This document shows positions 31,601 through 45,498 of a DNA stretch of 64,000 bases, piece by piece. The stretch's first letter is position 1. Every line of letters begins with the position of its first letter. Both the position numbers and the translations under genes were made by a program. The DNA is taken from NCBI GenBank assembly GCA_000165425.1, contig CT868307.1, positions 372,001 to 436,000 of the forward strand, written 5' to 3'. The notes below the pieces were generated by a model. That model was given only the letters and a program-made list of their open reading frames with translations. It was not told where the DNA came from and did not search any database. Source of the DNA: Paramecium tetraurelia. Its lineage: Eukaryota.

Positions 31601-33924
31601 TCATCCAAATTCATAAAATTGATATCATAAAAGAAATCTATTGTTTTTATATACTTTTGTTGATATTGACAAAAATTCAAATTAATTTATCTGAAGTATT
31701 TAGATACTCCATGTTATAAGAAATTGGCAACTAATTTTTCATGTACTACTTCAAATCCTTATGGCAGGATTGAATTGATTTGAGAGATCATTTTAAATGA
31801 ATCTTAAGACAAACCAAAAAATTAGTGAATCATATTAGAACCCCCTCTAATTGATAATTTATGTGATTATTAATCAAATCCTATGATTAGATAATCTATT
31901 TTATTAGAAAACAAATCAAAATTGGTTTAAGATTGCATTTTTAGCAACTTTTCATCTGAAATTGATGCTATTGTTGCTAATTTATATGCAGAAAAGTAAT
32001 TATTCATGATTTCAGATTAATAGAATGTGTTGAGTGCTTACATTTTTTAACTTGGAAATTAATCATATAGTTTATACAATTAATCTTCAAGGCTATTCAT
32101 CTAAACAAGGAGTTTCTTACCAGCTCTAAAAATATTAAGATCATTGCTCAATTGATTTAAATTATTGAAGAATTCCCTCTTTCTGTTAATCATCTTAACC
32201 ACTTTCTTCCTTAACCTTTTATTGTTCTCTTCAGATTATAGAAATAGTTTAACAGCATGTTCTAAATTTTCAGATAACTAAGCAGATTATTTAGAAAATC
32301 CCATGCTCATTGATTATTTGATCTATTCTTAAATTAAGTTGAGTTTTTATCGAGCAATAAAACCCATATTATTTAATCTAATATGGGAACTGCTTTATGC
32401 ATTTTTATCACCTAATGATTTTGATTTTTGTATGGAATGACTTTTGCCATCTGAACTGTTATTTTATTCTTTTCTATCGCTTTTTTAATGATTGAATTGA
32501 TAATTTACTCCATGAGTAGCAGAAGAACTAAACTGGATCTATTCACTATCAAGTTAGGCTAAGAAATTAGATTATTAAAACGCTTTTGTATTCAATCCTA
32601 GATAGTTTATGAGAGATAAGTAATGTAAGAAGTAAGATTAGCGAGCAGAATCATCTTTCGTTCTCGAAATCATATTGTCAAAGCTCTTGACTTAATCTTT
32701 TAGATATAAGCCTACGACATCTTCAAATGAAACCATCTATCTTTTACATAGACATTTAGAATCATCACATTCATCTAAGTGAGTTTATTTAAAGTAATGG
32801 ATATATGTGATCTTTTTGGTCTCTTGTAAGTAATTTGATTGTAGATTACCATATTCATGGATAATATTACCAATTTTATATTGCAACATGTCAGCTGTAA
32901 TTTTGGAACTGCTTGTTGTCATTAAGGATTCATGCTGCTTAATTTCATAGTTATATATCAGTTCGTTTAAAATTGGTGATATCAATAGTATCAATAAGAC
33001 ATCATATGTATCTTATTTTTATTCTGAAACCTAATTAATAAACAGTATGATGGCCATGGTAATTTGGAAGAAATTGCATTAAATTTCAATCTTCTATCTA
33101 TGATGCAGGTTTGGATAACTCCATATTAAGACCCAAAAATTGCTGGATTGCTTGATTAACGCAATGCTGAAAATTAAATAAAATTTAGTTAGATAGGAGC
33201 TCTCCATTTGATCAATGACAATAATTATGAAATTTAATAAGGATTTCCAATAATTGCTGAAGGTGGCTTGCAGCAATTACAAATTTTGAGGGGTTATAGA
33301 TATTGATTCTAAATTACAGAACAATTAAATCAAAAAGTTGGCGATCACAAAGATCAGTGTAATTATTGAAAATGATAAATGGATCATGTCGATGGATGAG
33401 CTTTGGGCATTGTGAAATAGGGATACCAATGTTAATTCCATCATTGGAATGATCAGAATGTAATAGAGCAATGAATGGAAGTATGACAATATTCTAAGAA
33501 GAATTTAAATTAATCGATTCTACGTTTTTAAAAATTCACTCAATCTGTGTTATTTCTTATTTTTCCCCAAATAAATGATAAATAAATATATCAGTACAAT
33601 TTGATAGAGGATGGTGATGCATAATGGTATTAAGTAACTCAAATGTTTAAATTCATTATTTGAACTTAATTTGATTCGAGAAGCCAAGGAAATTTCTCGA
33701 ATAAAGGTAAAAAAATTGATTCCTTTTGAAAAAAGTTCCTCTTGGTAATTCAACAATAAAAAGCTCAATTCCTAAATCGTCGAAAATATCAACACAATAT
33801 TAATTATTGCGCTATTAAATTTGACTAAATAGTGTTCGCATAGTACTCTGACTTAAATATAAAATTCAATAAATCTTTCATCCAATGAACTTTTTTATTT
33901 TTATTTCTTTTTTTCCTTCTTCAT
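28635..33924 (-). CDS. Large multi-pass membrane protein of TmcB/TmcC-like PAS-sensor type
   Basis: Runs from MKKEKKKQK to ...MVVKDDLT-TGA. It has an N-terminal TM block, a PAS-like segment (INSILPQGFEVVHEKLVANF), DDIGSQVSS followed by TMs, and C-terminal TMs. It is a paralog of the gene at 1-3734. Confidence 0.8.
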
Positions 33925-34034
33925 TAGATCAATTTGAAAATTATCAACAATCAAAATTATTAAATTTACATAAAAATATCAAAGTTCGCATTTCTCAAAC
34001 CCAAATAATTGATATATTAAAAAATTTCGGATTT

Positions 34035-34982
34035 ATGAATTAAAGATAGGGTCCAAAGTTTTTAATAAGCCTATTTGAAATACTCGAAGTAGTTAATTTA
34101 ATGAGACAAAGGGCGAAGAAAACATAAATGTAATTAGATGGAACAATGAAGGAGATGCCTTTGAAATTGTAAATGCGGATTTATTAGTCAATTCCATTTT
34201 GAGTGTACATTACAAATAATCAAATTTCTTTAGTTTTGTGAGGTATTCGCATCCAAGTATAATCATTAGACAATTGAATCAATATGGGTTTAATAAATAA
34301 AAGATTGACAAGAATTCCTACTCCTTTCGACATAAATATTTTCTAAAGGATTAGAAGTAAAGCACTAAACGATATTTCTTAGGAAACTGATAGCTAAAAT
34401 AGTGAGTTCTCACAAATAAAAGGTTTTGGAATTTAAAAGGGAACAAAGAGAAAATGTGTTCAATGACGATGAACAAAATGTGTAAACTAAGACTATACAG
34501 GAATTGTAATAAAATCAACATAAGATCTTCAGTTAATTTAAGGAATAAATGAATACCCAAATGCAAATAAAATAGTTGATCATTTACTTGAAAAATGTAT
34601 AAAATAAATATTTTATCAGAAAATTGCTGAGTTTAACATTTAGATTGAATAGTAGTGCTTCATAGCATAGACTTTATTAATTAAAGTTATTAAAACGATC
34701 CCGAATGACGAACAATACTAATGTGAAACTGAATTATTAAAAAATGTGCTATAAGAATTCTCAAACATTTACTTGGAATATTATGGATACAACTAAAGTT
34801 AAAGAAGTCCAAACCTATCCATTTTATCACTCACTCCAGCCCCATTTCAGATGAATGAACAGCAAAGAAGAAGTTTGGGGTTAGTTGATACGAACAAAGT
34901 GCATATCAACGAATAAATACAGCAATACTTGAGATGGGTGAAGGAATCATATGAAAGGGCAATCATAAGAAATGCTATTTGA
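34035..34982 (+). CDS. HSF-type DNA-binding domain protein
   Basis: PKFLISLFEILE|GEENINVIRWNNEGDAFEI...KQSNFFSFVR|QLNQYGFNK...FRHKYF, followed by a coiled coil. The 3' end is approximate. Confidence 0.88.
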
Positions 34983-35110
34983 ACTATCGAACATGATGAT
35001 ATTATATATGATTATGGATACTAATTCTATTTGTTATTGTATTATATAGTGAAGTTATTTTGTATAAAATTTTTTAGTTAGTCCAAATAATTTTCAGGTT
35101 TTTTTTGATT

Positions 35111-36659
35111 ATGTTAGTAATGGAAGACTTAAGTGAAATAATTCAAAAAAATGATTAAAAATCTATAAGAAGAAATAGAAAAGTTTAGAACAACTTAGAT
35201 TGAGATTTAAATAGAGAAGCATAAGCATTCATTGTCCGAAGATTCAGTGTTATAATGTTATTTGGTAATGATCAACTCAGATCTTCAATAAGCATTAAAG
35301 GAATACATAAATCAATTGCTGGATTATGCTAAAAATCTACCTCTGCCTTCGAATAATGAATTAGCAGTAGCATTTTCTCAAAGCTTCATCCCAATCAATA
35401 CTCCGTTTATTAAGAAATTTAAGTAAGTAAAAAAGATCATCGAGAAGGTGAATTATAATGTCCTCAATCACTTTAGAAAAATGTATGATGAAATGAGAAA
35501 TGTCTAGTGTAAGAAGATGGAATAACAAATAAAGGAAAATGATTTTTCTAAATGTATTTGTGCGATCTATTAAAAAACTAAAACTCCCAAATCTATACCA
35601 AATGCCATAATTTTAGTTTGCTTCATGTGTCGATTTCAATTTCACAACACCTGTTTAAGATATAAAATTAAAGATGGTCAACCATCATTTGTGTGTCCAT
35701 AATGTATACTGACAAACATGGATCCATTACACAAAGTAGAAAGCATGTTATCCTGTCTAACCTTGGAAACAAGATCGCAGTCAGAAAAGAGCACAACCAT
35801 GAATTTCACCTTGAATTAGGTCGAATTAAACTAGTCATTGGACATAAGATGTATTCGATTGGATGGCTATCGATATGAATAATCTTGGCCAGACATCGGT
35901 GACTTGATGATCAACGGAATCAAAGTAGTCTAATTCAAACCATTGAAAGTGAATAGTTCTTTAAAGTATAGAAAGGATGAATACTACACAGTGAAGAATC
36001 CAAAATAAGGATAATATCGAGTTGTGTTACGTTCTCAATCCAGTAATTTAAATGATAGAAAGAACTTTTAAATCAAAACAGATTAACTATTTTACTTTGG
36101 AGCATTTTCAGTTTCAGAGATTAGTTCAACAGAATTGATCTAGCAATATTAATTCGATAAATCAAAGTGGGTCAATACCTAATAAATGAAAGACAATATT
36201 TGCATGTATTCTAATCTTAATTAATCAGCAGATATAGCAGTGAATAAGATTTCAGTAAGCTTAATTTGTTAAATTACAACTTTACCAATAAAGATCCCTT
36301 GCAGAGGAATTCTATGTGAACACATTTAATGTTTTTGCTTAGATAGTTTCTGTAAATTCATAGAATCCCTTACTTAAAAGAAATGGTCTTGTCCTGTATG
36401 TAAAAGGATCTGCTTAGATTTTTATATTGACGGCTATTAATTTAGTATATTGGAATTTTTAAAGAGTTCTAAGGCCAATAAATAAAGTAAGTAAAGTTTT
36501 GAATAGCAAGTATCAAATATCAATTTTGATAGAAATGGACATTATTTAGATAATTTTATAGATGGATCATAATTAAAATTTACACCTGGAAGAAACTATT
36601 TTAATGAGATATATTCACAAAAGAAATTAATAAAAGAAGACTAAATTGTTAAGATTTGA
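35111..36659 (+). CDS. Siz/PIAS-like SUMO E3 ligase (PHD finger plus SP-RING/MIZ)
   Basis: PHD: CIC...CFMC...FHNTC...CPQC. SP-RING: VSLICQITTLPIKIPCRGILCEHIQCF...WSCPVC. Confidence 0.85.
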
Positions 36660-36725
36660 TTTTATTTCATGTGTCAACAATTATTGTAATTATCTTATTA
36701 AGTAAACTATAAATTAATAACTATT

Positions 36726-39700
36726 TCAAGTGTTAGCATCCTCTCTTATTGTTACTTACTTTAATTTTTAGTTTGTTTTAGTAACTCCTGGTTACATCGG
36801 TTATTGGAAATCTCCCTGATCATCCTTACTTGATTATTGTTACCCTTAACCTTTAATTAAATTACCCAAATTGGATTTGAGCAATCCCTTGTTCTTAACC
36901 TTCTTCACCTCCTTAATCAAGAAGTCACTATATTTAGCTAATGCTTAATTTGAATTAGCCAATTGAAGTTCTAAAAACTATATGTAATCCGTGTAATCCT
37001 TGGCGTCGTTAACTGATTATTGAGTATACTTATTCCTTATGTTAAGAGCAGTAGATAATGCATTAAATTCTGCAAAATTGTGAAATGAAAGATAAATCTT
37101 GGAATTAAGTTAATTGAAGAAATCTTTCTCTATCTTTTCCAACATGATGAAATTATCATACAATTCTTCTAACAACATCAAAATCATAAATTAGACTTAT
37201 TGCCTTTTCTCTTATTGTAATATCATTTCCATCTTCTCCATAGGGTTCATTAAAATCCATATGATAATTTTATGATCATTTTATAAATGGGAAGCTATTC
37301 AATTAAAAATTATCATACTTTTCAATATTGCGAATTTCTTCTCCAAACTATTCGCATTTTCCACTTGTACTAGCAGATCCTTTGAACCTTTACCTCTTAG
37401 TAATTCTATTGATTAATAATGTTAATATAATACACTACACAAATTAGATTTGTACACTGCTTACGGGTAAGAAATCGGTTTAATTAGATTCGTCAGCTTC
37501 TTCATCTCCATCCTACTTGTCATTAGACTTTTAATTAATCACCTACATTTTACCTAATATTATGATAAACAAATACTTAAGACATCCCAAAATTATATAA
37601 ACTAAAATTCAGGTACTATATTTTAATCCTTATAGTCATCATAGAGTTTCTTGTGATCATCAGAAGATACAGCAATTCTTTGAAGGGTTCTTTTGTCCCA
37701 TCCTGCTTCATTCCAAAATGCTATTTTATGATAAATACAAAAATAAGGCTAAGCATTTAGTTTCTCTTTCTTACTTGTATGAAGAACATTGCCAAACCAC
37801 AATATAATTTTCTCATTCAATTTTAACTCTTACCATATTTAGAATAAACACACCAATTTACTGAATACACTGATAATTTATTAAGCATTCATGGATTTCA
37901 GATGTTCGGCATTGAATTTAGCAAATTTGCTAGGTTCAGTTTGTATCTCAATGACTTGGTTATTCTATTGATTGTTTACAGTTTTAATTGATTTCATTGA
38001 TTTTAAGACAGATTTCTTTCTGCTTCCCTGTCTTTAAATCTTTTCAGTATCTATATCGAAATATCTGACTTCATTAGAAATATCTAAAAGGGAAATGTCA
38101 AATTCAACTTTATGTTGTTTTGGCTATTTCACCTTGCCCTTTTATTGTTATTACTATAATTTGAGTGTTTTTTATTTTTATTTAAATTTTTCCTATTCTT
38201 AAATTTTTACTTAATATCTCTCTAAGTATTATTCTGGATTCTTCACTAGTATAATATTAGTGAAGAAAAAGAATAAGAAATCGATAGATCTAATTAGACT
38301 TTAAAATGTGTCTAATTATTTGATATTAAGATTAGAAATCTAAGTATCAATTTTCTCTATAAGATTATGCGTTGCTTCTATATATTAATCCTATTTAATG
38401 GTTTGAGCAAAGTCTCCTTAATCATCTCCATGAATTTCGAATCCTAAATCCTTGTATTTTTTTTCAAAGTCATGAAATTAAAATTATATGATCCAATCCA
38501 TTTTCTAATTAGGTTATGGAGTATAATATTATTGAAAATTCAATTGATTTGATGCAATATCTTAAATACCTTTTTCCAATGCTGCTATCCAGGTTGAGAC
38601 TTGAGTTGTTTTGAATTACTCACTTGCCAGTTTCTTTCCAGTCAAATTTTACAAATTTGCTATGGCCTCATTTGCAGAATTATATATTTTGATTTCTTCA
38701 AGTGATTCAATTCTTTATCTATTTCCAGTAATATTTTTATCTTCATCAAAATCTAATTCAATTTTTAATTTATTATCATCCTCTTCGTCATCTTCTCCGC
38801 CTTCCTCATTTATACTACTCTTACGACTAACCTTCTTGTTGTCATCTTTCTCAAAAAGCATTCCAAATAAGACTGTTCTATATTCCTTAAACTTTGACTC
38901 TCCATATTCATAAACCAACAAGGTCAAATCTTTAATGATATGAATTTACTTATATATCCAATTCAAAATTGCCCACTCTGAATATACTTTATCTTCATCA
39001 TCCTCTCTTTCATTATTTCCATCATCATCATCCTCTTCATTCTTTAATTTCTCATACTCATTTCTCAAAATACTCATAATAGTATCTACCAAACCCAATC
39101 TTTCTGTTTATTCACTATTTATTTCTATAAAATGTCCATCTAAAATAGCTATAAGCATTCTGATCAAAACCAATAGGATCACAATATTAATAAGGAAATA
39201 ATAAAGTATGACACTTGCCTAATAGTTTTCTCCATCTGATTTGTGCATCTTAGCATTCTAACTTACTATCTGCAGAGAGTATATGACTGACAAATATAGG
39301 TCTCTAAATGATCCATTTACATAACCGAAACTCAAGACACCAACACAAGCAAAGGCAAAAACAATCAAGCAAAACATAATCATGAAGAATACAATATCAA
39401 TACTTGCACTAGCGATGATATCCAAAACCAAACTCAATTTTGCAGAAAATGAAAAGTAAACCATTATCCTTATCATTCTATTTATAGAATTAACATAATT
39501 TACTCATTGAATAAGATAAATGAAGCCATAGTATTGTATAACTAGAACAATTAAGCAAGATTTTAAAAGTCATTGAACATTCCAGGTGGTTCTTTATCAG
39601 CCTAAAAATAGTTAATTTAAATGATTTACAAATAGAAATCCTTCATAATAATCAAAAGACATTCTTAGTTAATTGAAAACAATCTAAAGCCAATAAATTA

Positions 39701-42700
39701 TTTAAATGAACATCAACAAGATGCCTGTTATTAAAAGGATATTGAAAAATGTCTGCTAAACCATAAGCTTAAGACTCGTCAGCAGACGCATAATAAATCC
39801 ATAAATTCTCTTTCCTATCCCAAATAGTAGATTAACTATCTAATCATTCTTTTTGTCTGAAAAATCCATATTTAAATGTCTTTCTACAAATGAAAACTTT
39901 CTTTCTGGAGGTAAATCATATGGTGTAAATTCAATTGCACTTGGATGATTCCAAACTTCTTTCCATTGATTTAAGAACATTTTCCAAAATTTAATGTGAA
40001 AATACAGCACAATCAATTCAAAAACGATTCTTGTGAGTCTACTACCAGAGTACAAAGTTATTGGAAATGTCTAAAGCAATGAAATCAAAAATTGTACATT
40101 CAAAGTAATAATGTGCTCTATCTAGCCAGTAGCCTTGATATAAATTGTCACAGTAACAAACGAATATAAATCTTATGGGGGATTGTAAATGATAAATTCA
40201 CAATTAATTATTCCAGTCTAATTTATGATTATTAATAAATAATACCGAAACTGTAAAAAAACTATCAGATTGTATTTTTTAATATTGTTCTACAGCCCCA
40301 CTGATTTCACTCTAAAATTGGAATGTATACCCTCCTGCTTAGTATGCAGCACTTGGGTTTTTTTTTCCTCTGTATTGATACTCTATCCCACTCTTATAAA
40401 GATTTTCCATTTTCTCTCCAGAAGACTCTCCAGAAAAGGGTGAAAAGTCTGAAGAAGACCTACCTCTAAACTCTAAATCTTTGTTTTCGGTGAAGAAATT
40501 AACATTCAATCCTTCATATAACCTAATCGTCATTCTTACAGGAGAATAACCAACAAAAACATCAAAATCTCTTAGCTATTCTTTGCTATAATTATTATCG
40601 TAATCATCCCCGGCAGTACTAAAGATAACGTTTTTAATATAACTGTCGATATCCCTAGAGGATTCTACATCATCAAGTATGATATCATGACTTTTGAAGT
40701 GTTTCACTCCTGGGAATAAACTAGAATCAAAAAAAGATTTGATGTAATATTCTTGATTAAATGTGCTTGATTTAAGAGTTTAATTTTAAAATCCAATGAT
40801 CAGGAAAATCAAAAATATGATATGTAAAAATCCATCTTTTAAATTGGTAAATAGATTTTTCTCTTTCATTTCCTTCATCTCTTTTCTGTTATCAGCCTAC
40901 CTTTTTATAATTTCCTCCTTCTTATCGTTGATCTCCTTGATTCTTTATTATTTTGTTAATAGATCCTCCTATCCTAACCCTATGAAATTCATCACGACAT
41001 TCTTAATATCCAACTATTGAAAATTGTACATAAAAATTTCCTTCAGGGTTAATTCTTTCTCCTTTTCTTTGGGTTCCTCAGGTTTAGCCGCGTTAGGTTG
41101 TGCTTTTTAAGGAGATGAGGCATCGTCATTCTTCTTCTTTAATAAACCTCTAATTTAATCTGGTCTGGCTGATTTTATCGAAATACCAGATTTAATAGAT
41201 TTTTAATCAGATAAGGGTGGTTATCCTGAAGACAATGGAGTTTTAGTTTTTTTCTTCTTCTTTGATTCTTCCTCCTCTTTCTTTTTTCTTTCTGCCTCTT
41301 CCTTTTTCTGTTTTTCCCTTAATTATTGTTCCTCAGTTACTGGAGGCACGAAGAATATCAGATTAATCCATTTCATGGTAGCAGCAGTAGATTTATCTGC
41401 AGCTATTTCAGCCAAAGCTTAAGTAGTGAGTTGCAATTTTTGTCTTAGTTGTCCATAAGTTAAAATAATGATTCCATAAAAATAGGGGAGTAGGATAAGA
41501 TTAAATGCTATGAAAAAGAGGAGAGAGTAAACGAATCCTATGCCTGGAACTATTGATTCAAGAAAGGCAAATTTAAAGTTACCGCAAAAAAATTCAAAAC
41601 ATAAGTAGGCTGCATTACCTAATGTAGCTATTTCATCATTCAAAGGCCCAAAGATTACATTGGATATCATAATAAAACTAATTAAGGCCATTGCTGTGAA
41701 CTAGGATTATCATACAAAATGCATACCGAAATGAAAATGAGCATGTCCTTCCCAGCCACACTAAATGTATACATTAAGACACCAAAAGTAGGAAAGAATG
41801 ATGACATAATCTTGATTATATCATAAATGGTTATAATGAAAGTTGTGATGGCAAATAATTGATAGGTATTCGAATTTTACAGATAGTTATCTAGACCTAC
41901 TATTTGTTCTTGAGTGATTTGAGGAGTGATTGAAATTTCTTAAAATTGTGAAAACATTAAAAACCATACAATGATGTAAATGAAGTTTAATGTTCTTTAC
42001 GCTGTAATGAAAAGTAAGTCAAACTCAAATTCAAATATTCTGGTTGATAAAAATTTAATAACCATGAAAAATATTCTCTATAAAGTATTATTATTTATTA
42101 AATACCTTCCCAATTGTGTAAACTATTTAAAAGAACACCACAGCTGCAAACAATGACTTCGTGACTATACCGAACACGACATTTGATTGCACATTACTCC
42201 CCTGATAATAATAGACTCCGTAATCTATAACTTATTGATATTAAATTCTGCCTTGGTTACTAATGTCAAATTAATTCGAAAGTTTTAGAATTACTTCTGT
42301 CAAAGGATTGATAATATAAATGTCATGTTTTAGATTGAAAAGAGAGGAGAACTGAAATTGACTTTCAACAATTGATAACATTTCAGAAGCAAACGCTTGT
42401 TCCATTGTATTAGTAAAGAATATTTTGGTTTAAAAAGAGCCTTCAGATTCTAAGATTGAGTTAATTAATATATTACATTCAACGGATATGTTGGGTAAAA
42501 ACTTTTTATCAATTGTAGACATGTCGATTTAATTAGCAAAGTTCATATCCCATTGTTGTTTCAACATATTATCTGCCATTGTGTAAATATCAGTATTCTG
42601 TATTCCAATTATTTTCCTGACAAATTCATCTGATTCCTTAGGATAGATGAAATGAATACCAAATCTTAATCCACATGCTTGAGTGTAAAGGTGACTACAC

Positions 42701-43266
42701 TACAAAGATAGTAATTATAGTTTTCCAAAAATATATATTAACTCTCGTTATATTGACTTGAATTCTCAATTTAAGGATTATACAAAAGACTAAACCGGTT
42801 CCGATCCTCAGAATGATCATGCATAAAATAAATAATTTTTTCGAGGTACTCACTATAGATAATGGGAACATCTTGTATCTCATGCAATTAAGTTGTAATT
42901 CTATTGAGATGATTAAGACAGTTACCTCTGATTTATGTACTTCTAGATACTCTATCTAGTCTCATGCACTTCAGGGATACGATATTCTAAATAAATTTGA
43001 ATTATCAAAACGACATAGATTATTAGTAGCATACTAAATATGGTTGGAATTAATTACAAATTAGTGCAGAAGCCAGCATCATTCGCTATAATTTGCTCTA
43101 TTTCATCTAACACATTGTTTGACGAATCTTTCTCCTTCTCTGACTTTTCTCCATTCCCAATCTCCTCTTCTTTCTTGTTCTCAGAGATCATCGATTTGTC
43201 ATCCTTATTTATGGATTTTAGGATCTCCTCCTCTTCACCAATCACTGATTGTCCTTTCCGAGACAT
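36726..43266 (-). CDS. Polycystin (PKD2/TRPP-like) cation channel with two tandem channel modules
   Basis: One gene from MSRKGQSVIGEEE to ...REDANT-TGA with two S1-loop-S2..S6 modules. Their S5-P-S6 parts match ORF-track fragments 41419-41691 and 39258-39476. The linker reads through without TGA. Confidence 0.8.
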
Positions 43267-43290
43267 TTATATTAAATTATAATTATATAT

Positions 43291-45479
43291 ATGCAAAATA
43301 AATAACTTGTAACCAGAACCACTACAAGACGAAATTTACTACAATCTTAGAGTGTTCTCGAGTAATCACTTAAATCCTCAATTTTGTAAAAGTCCAATTT
43401 CCAATTACAAATACAATCGCAAGTAATTTCCAACAACAATAATCCAAATTACGAGGACAAATAAAATTCACAGAATCCTTACTTCAATGATTTGAGCGGT
43501 ATTAGTCACGATTCAGAAAATGACATTTTTAGAGATTGTCCTACTTATAAAAATGGTCCCAAGTCTACAGGATCACTCAAATCCAGATCAAAAATACTCA
43601 ATTAAATGGCATACATCACTCAAAAAATGATCCCTGACTTCCAAAGAGGACTCTAATTGATTTCGCAAGCCGAGTATAAAGGATTTTTATAAGAGGGATA
43701 AAGTCCTTGATTTTCGAGTCGAACAAAGTGAATAACCAGTGCGTATAAGCAGTCAACAACTTGGTCTCGGAGAAATCATGATTAATTATCAACAAGACAA
43801 AGTATACATAATTCATTCTATATCAAAATACTTAGCATCCTATTGAATTGCGACCAGAATTGTGGAATGTGCAATCAGTCAGACAAATGGAATTTTACTA
43901 TTATAAACTGCGTTCCAAATAATAACCAGTCCCTCTGCAGTTTTATATGAATTAAAGTGAAACCACAAATTTCAAAATTTTCGTATCTTCTGTCAATCCC
44001 TTCCCAACCAAATTCTCCTGTGATCAGATCATTTCAGTCAAGGGATGGAAATATAAAATAGATGAATCTAAAACATTTCATTGCGATTACATTTACATTA
44101 GTATGGTTTGTGATTTAGATACCTAAGTCAAACTTAAGTTTTAGTTTGGTAATAGACTGTTGAAAAGACCTTAAACTATTTCAAGGAAAATTGAACCCTC
44201 CTCATTATTGATACGAAGTGTTCATCATTAGTAATTGGAAAGAATGAATTCCGATTTATTAAACGCTTAAGTGGCTGAGATTAAGAAAAGAAGAAAAGAG
44301 AAATTGAGATCACGTGGGATTTTTAAGGATCTAATCAAAGAAAATATTCAGAAAGTAATTGAATATAATGAAGAACACTAAAGAAGCTTTAGAGAACTAA
44401 AAAAGACCTAAGGAGATAACAGAATAGAGGATGTGTTATGTAGAAAAAAGCTGATGAGTCAAAATGAATAGTAAAGGAAAGAATATTCATAAAAAACTAA
44501 AGAATTAAGTAAAATTATTCGATAGAGACACAATTTTGTTTTATCAAAAAAGAATCTCAAAAATAGAGTTTGTACACATTGGTTTAATAGTATTTACTTA
44601 TCTCTAATTTGTACTAAGATTTATTTTATGTTTTAACATAAAATTGAAGCTTAAAATCAATCTACCTTGATGGCATTTTAGGTTAAAAGAATAATGAAAC
44701 GAATTCATAAAAGATTAAGTGCAATAAAGGGAGTTACTATTTATGATCGAGTGTTTTTCGATGTTAAATTGTAAATTATAATGTCACCATTTTATTTAGA
44801 GTATTGCAAGGTTTTTGCAAGGCCGTATATTCGAAGTAGGTTAAGTTGCATATGGAGAAGATTATACCGCATTTAAAAACAAGAGCTGAAATTTATCATC
44901 TAAAGAGTTAAGTGCTCATTACTAATCTTAAAATTTCAAAGATTCGAATGATGTTTTTAGAGTTTTTGTTAAGATACAAATCTTATAAATAGATGCTTCA
45001 TAATATCTGGAATAAATATTTTAAAGAATAATTCTTGAAGTATTATAATGGATTAGATCAATCAAAAAAAGGAACTTATCAACCATACATCATTTAATTA
45101 TAAAATCAAGATTATTTCATGTAATTCATTAAGATTAATTATTAGACAACTTTAAAGTGTATTTATTGAAACTTATAGTAAAGATAAATTAAGGAAATAT
45201 TTAAAAGATATGAGTGTCTATGCCAAATATCTGAAAAAACTGAGATCGCAGAAGTATAACAAAACAAAGAGAAGAGATATTGCCAACGAATAGATCTTAC
45301 ATTCGCCTCGAATGTTTCAATTACCAACTTATGATGATGTCTTGGAATATCTCCCTTTGCTTGTGGTTAACACTAATAAAGGAGATTTAAGGACTTCGCA
45401 ATAGATGCAACAATCGTAAATGCCTTTGATACAAGAGTCTTAGGAGAAAAAAAAGAAGCATGCAAAATCAAAAAAATGA
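43291..45479 (+). CDS. Hypothetical protein (central beta-rich domain, basic helical C-half with IQ-like motifs)
   Basis: MQNKQLVTRTTTRR... with short introns near 43674 and 43802, then a long open frame ending KKKHAKSKK-TGA. Confidence 0.65.
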
Positions 45480-45498
45480 GTTTAATATTTAATTAATT

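Noticed and set aside
27371..36659. Myb, HSF and SUMO-ligase genes close together as a possible regulatory cluster
   Set aside because: These families are large in ciliates, a membrane-protein gene intervenes, and nothing in the sequence shows functional linkage.
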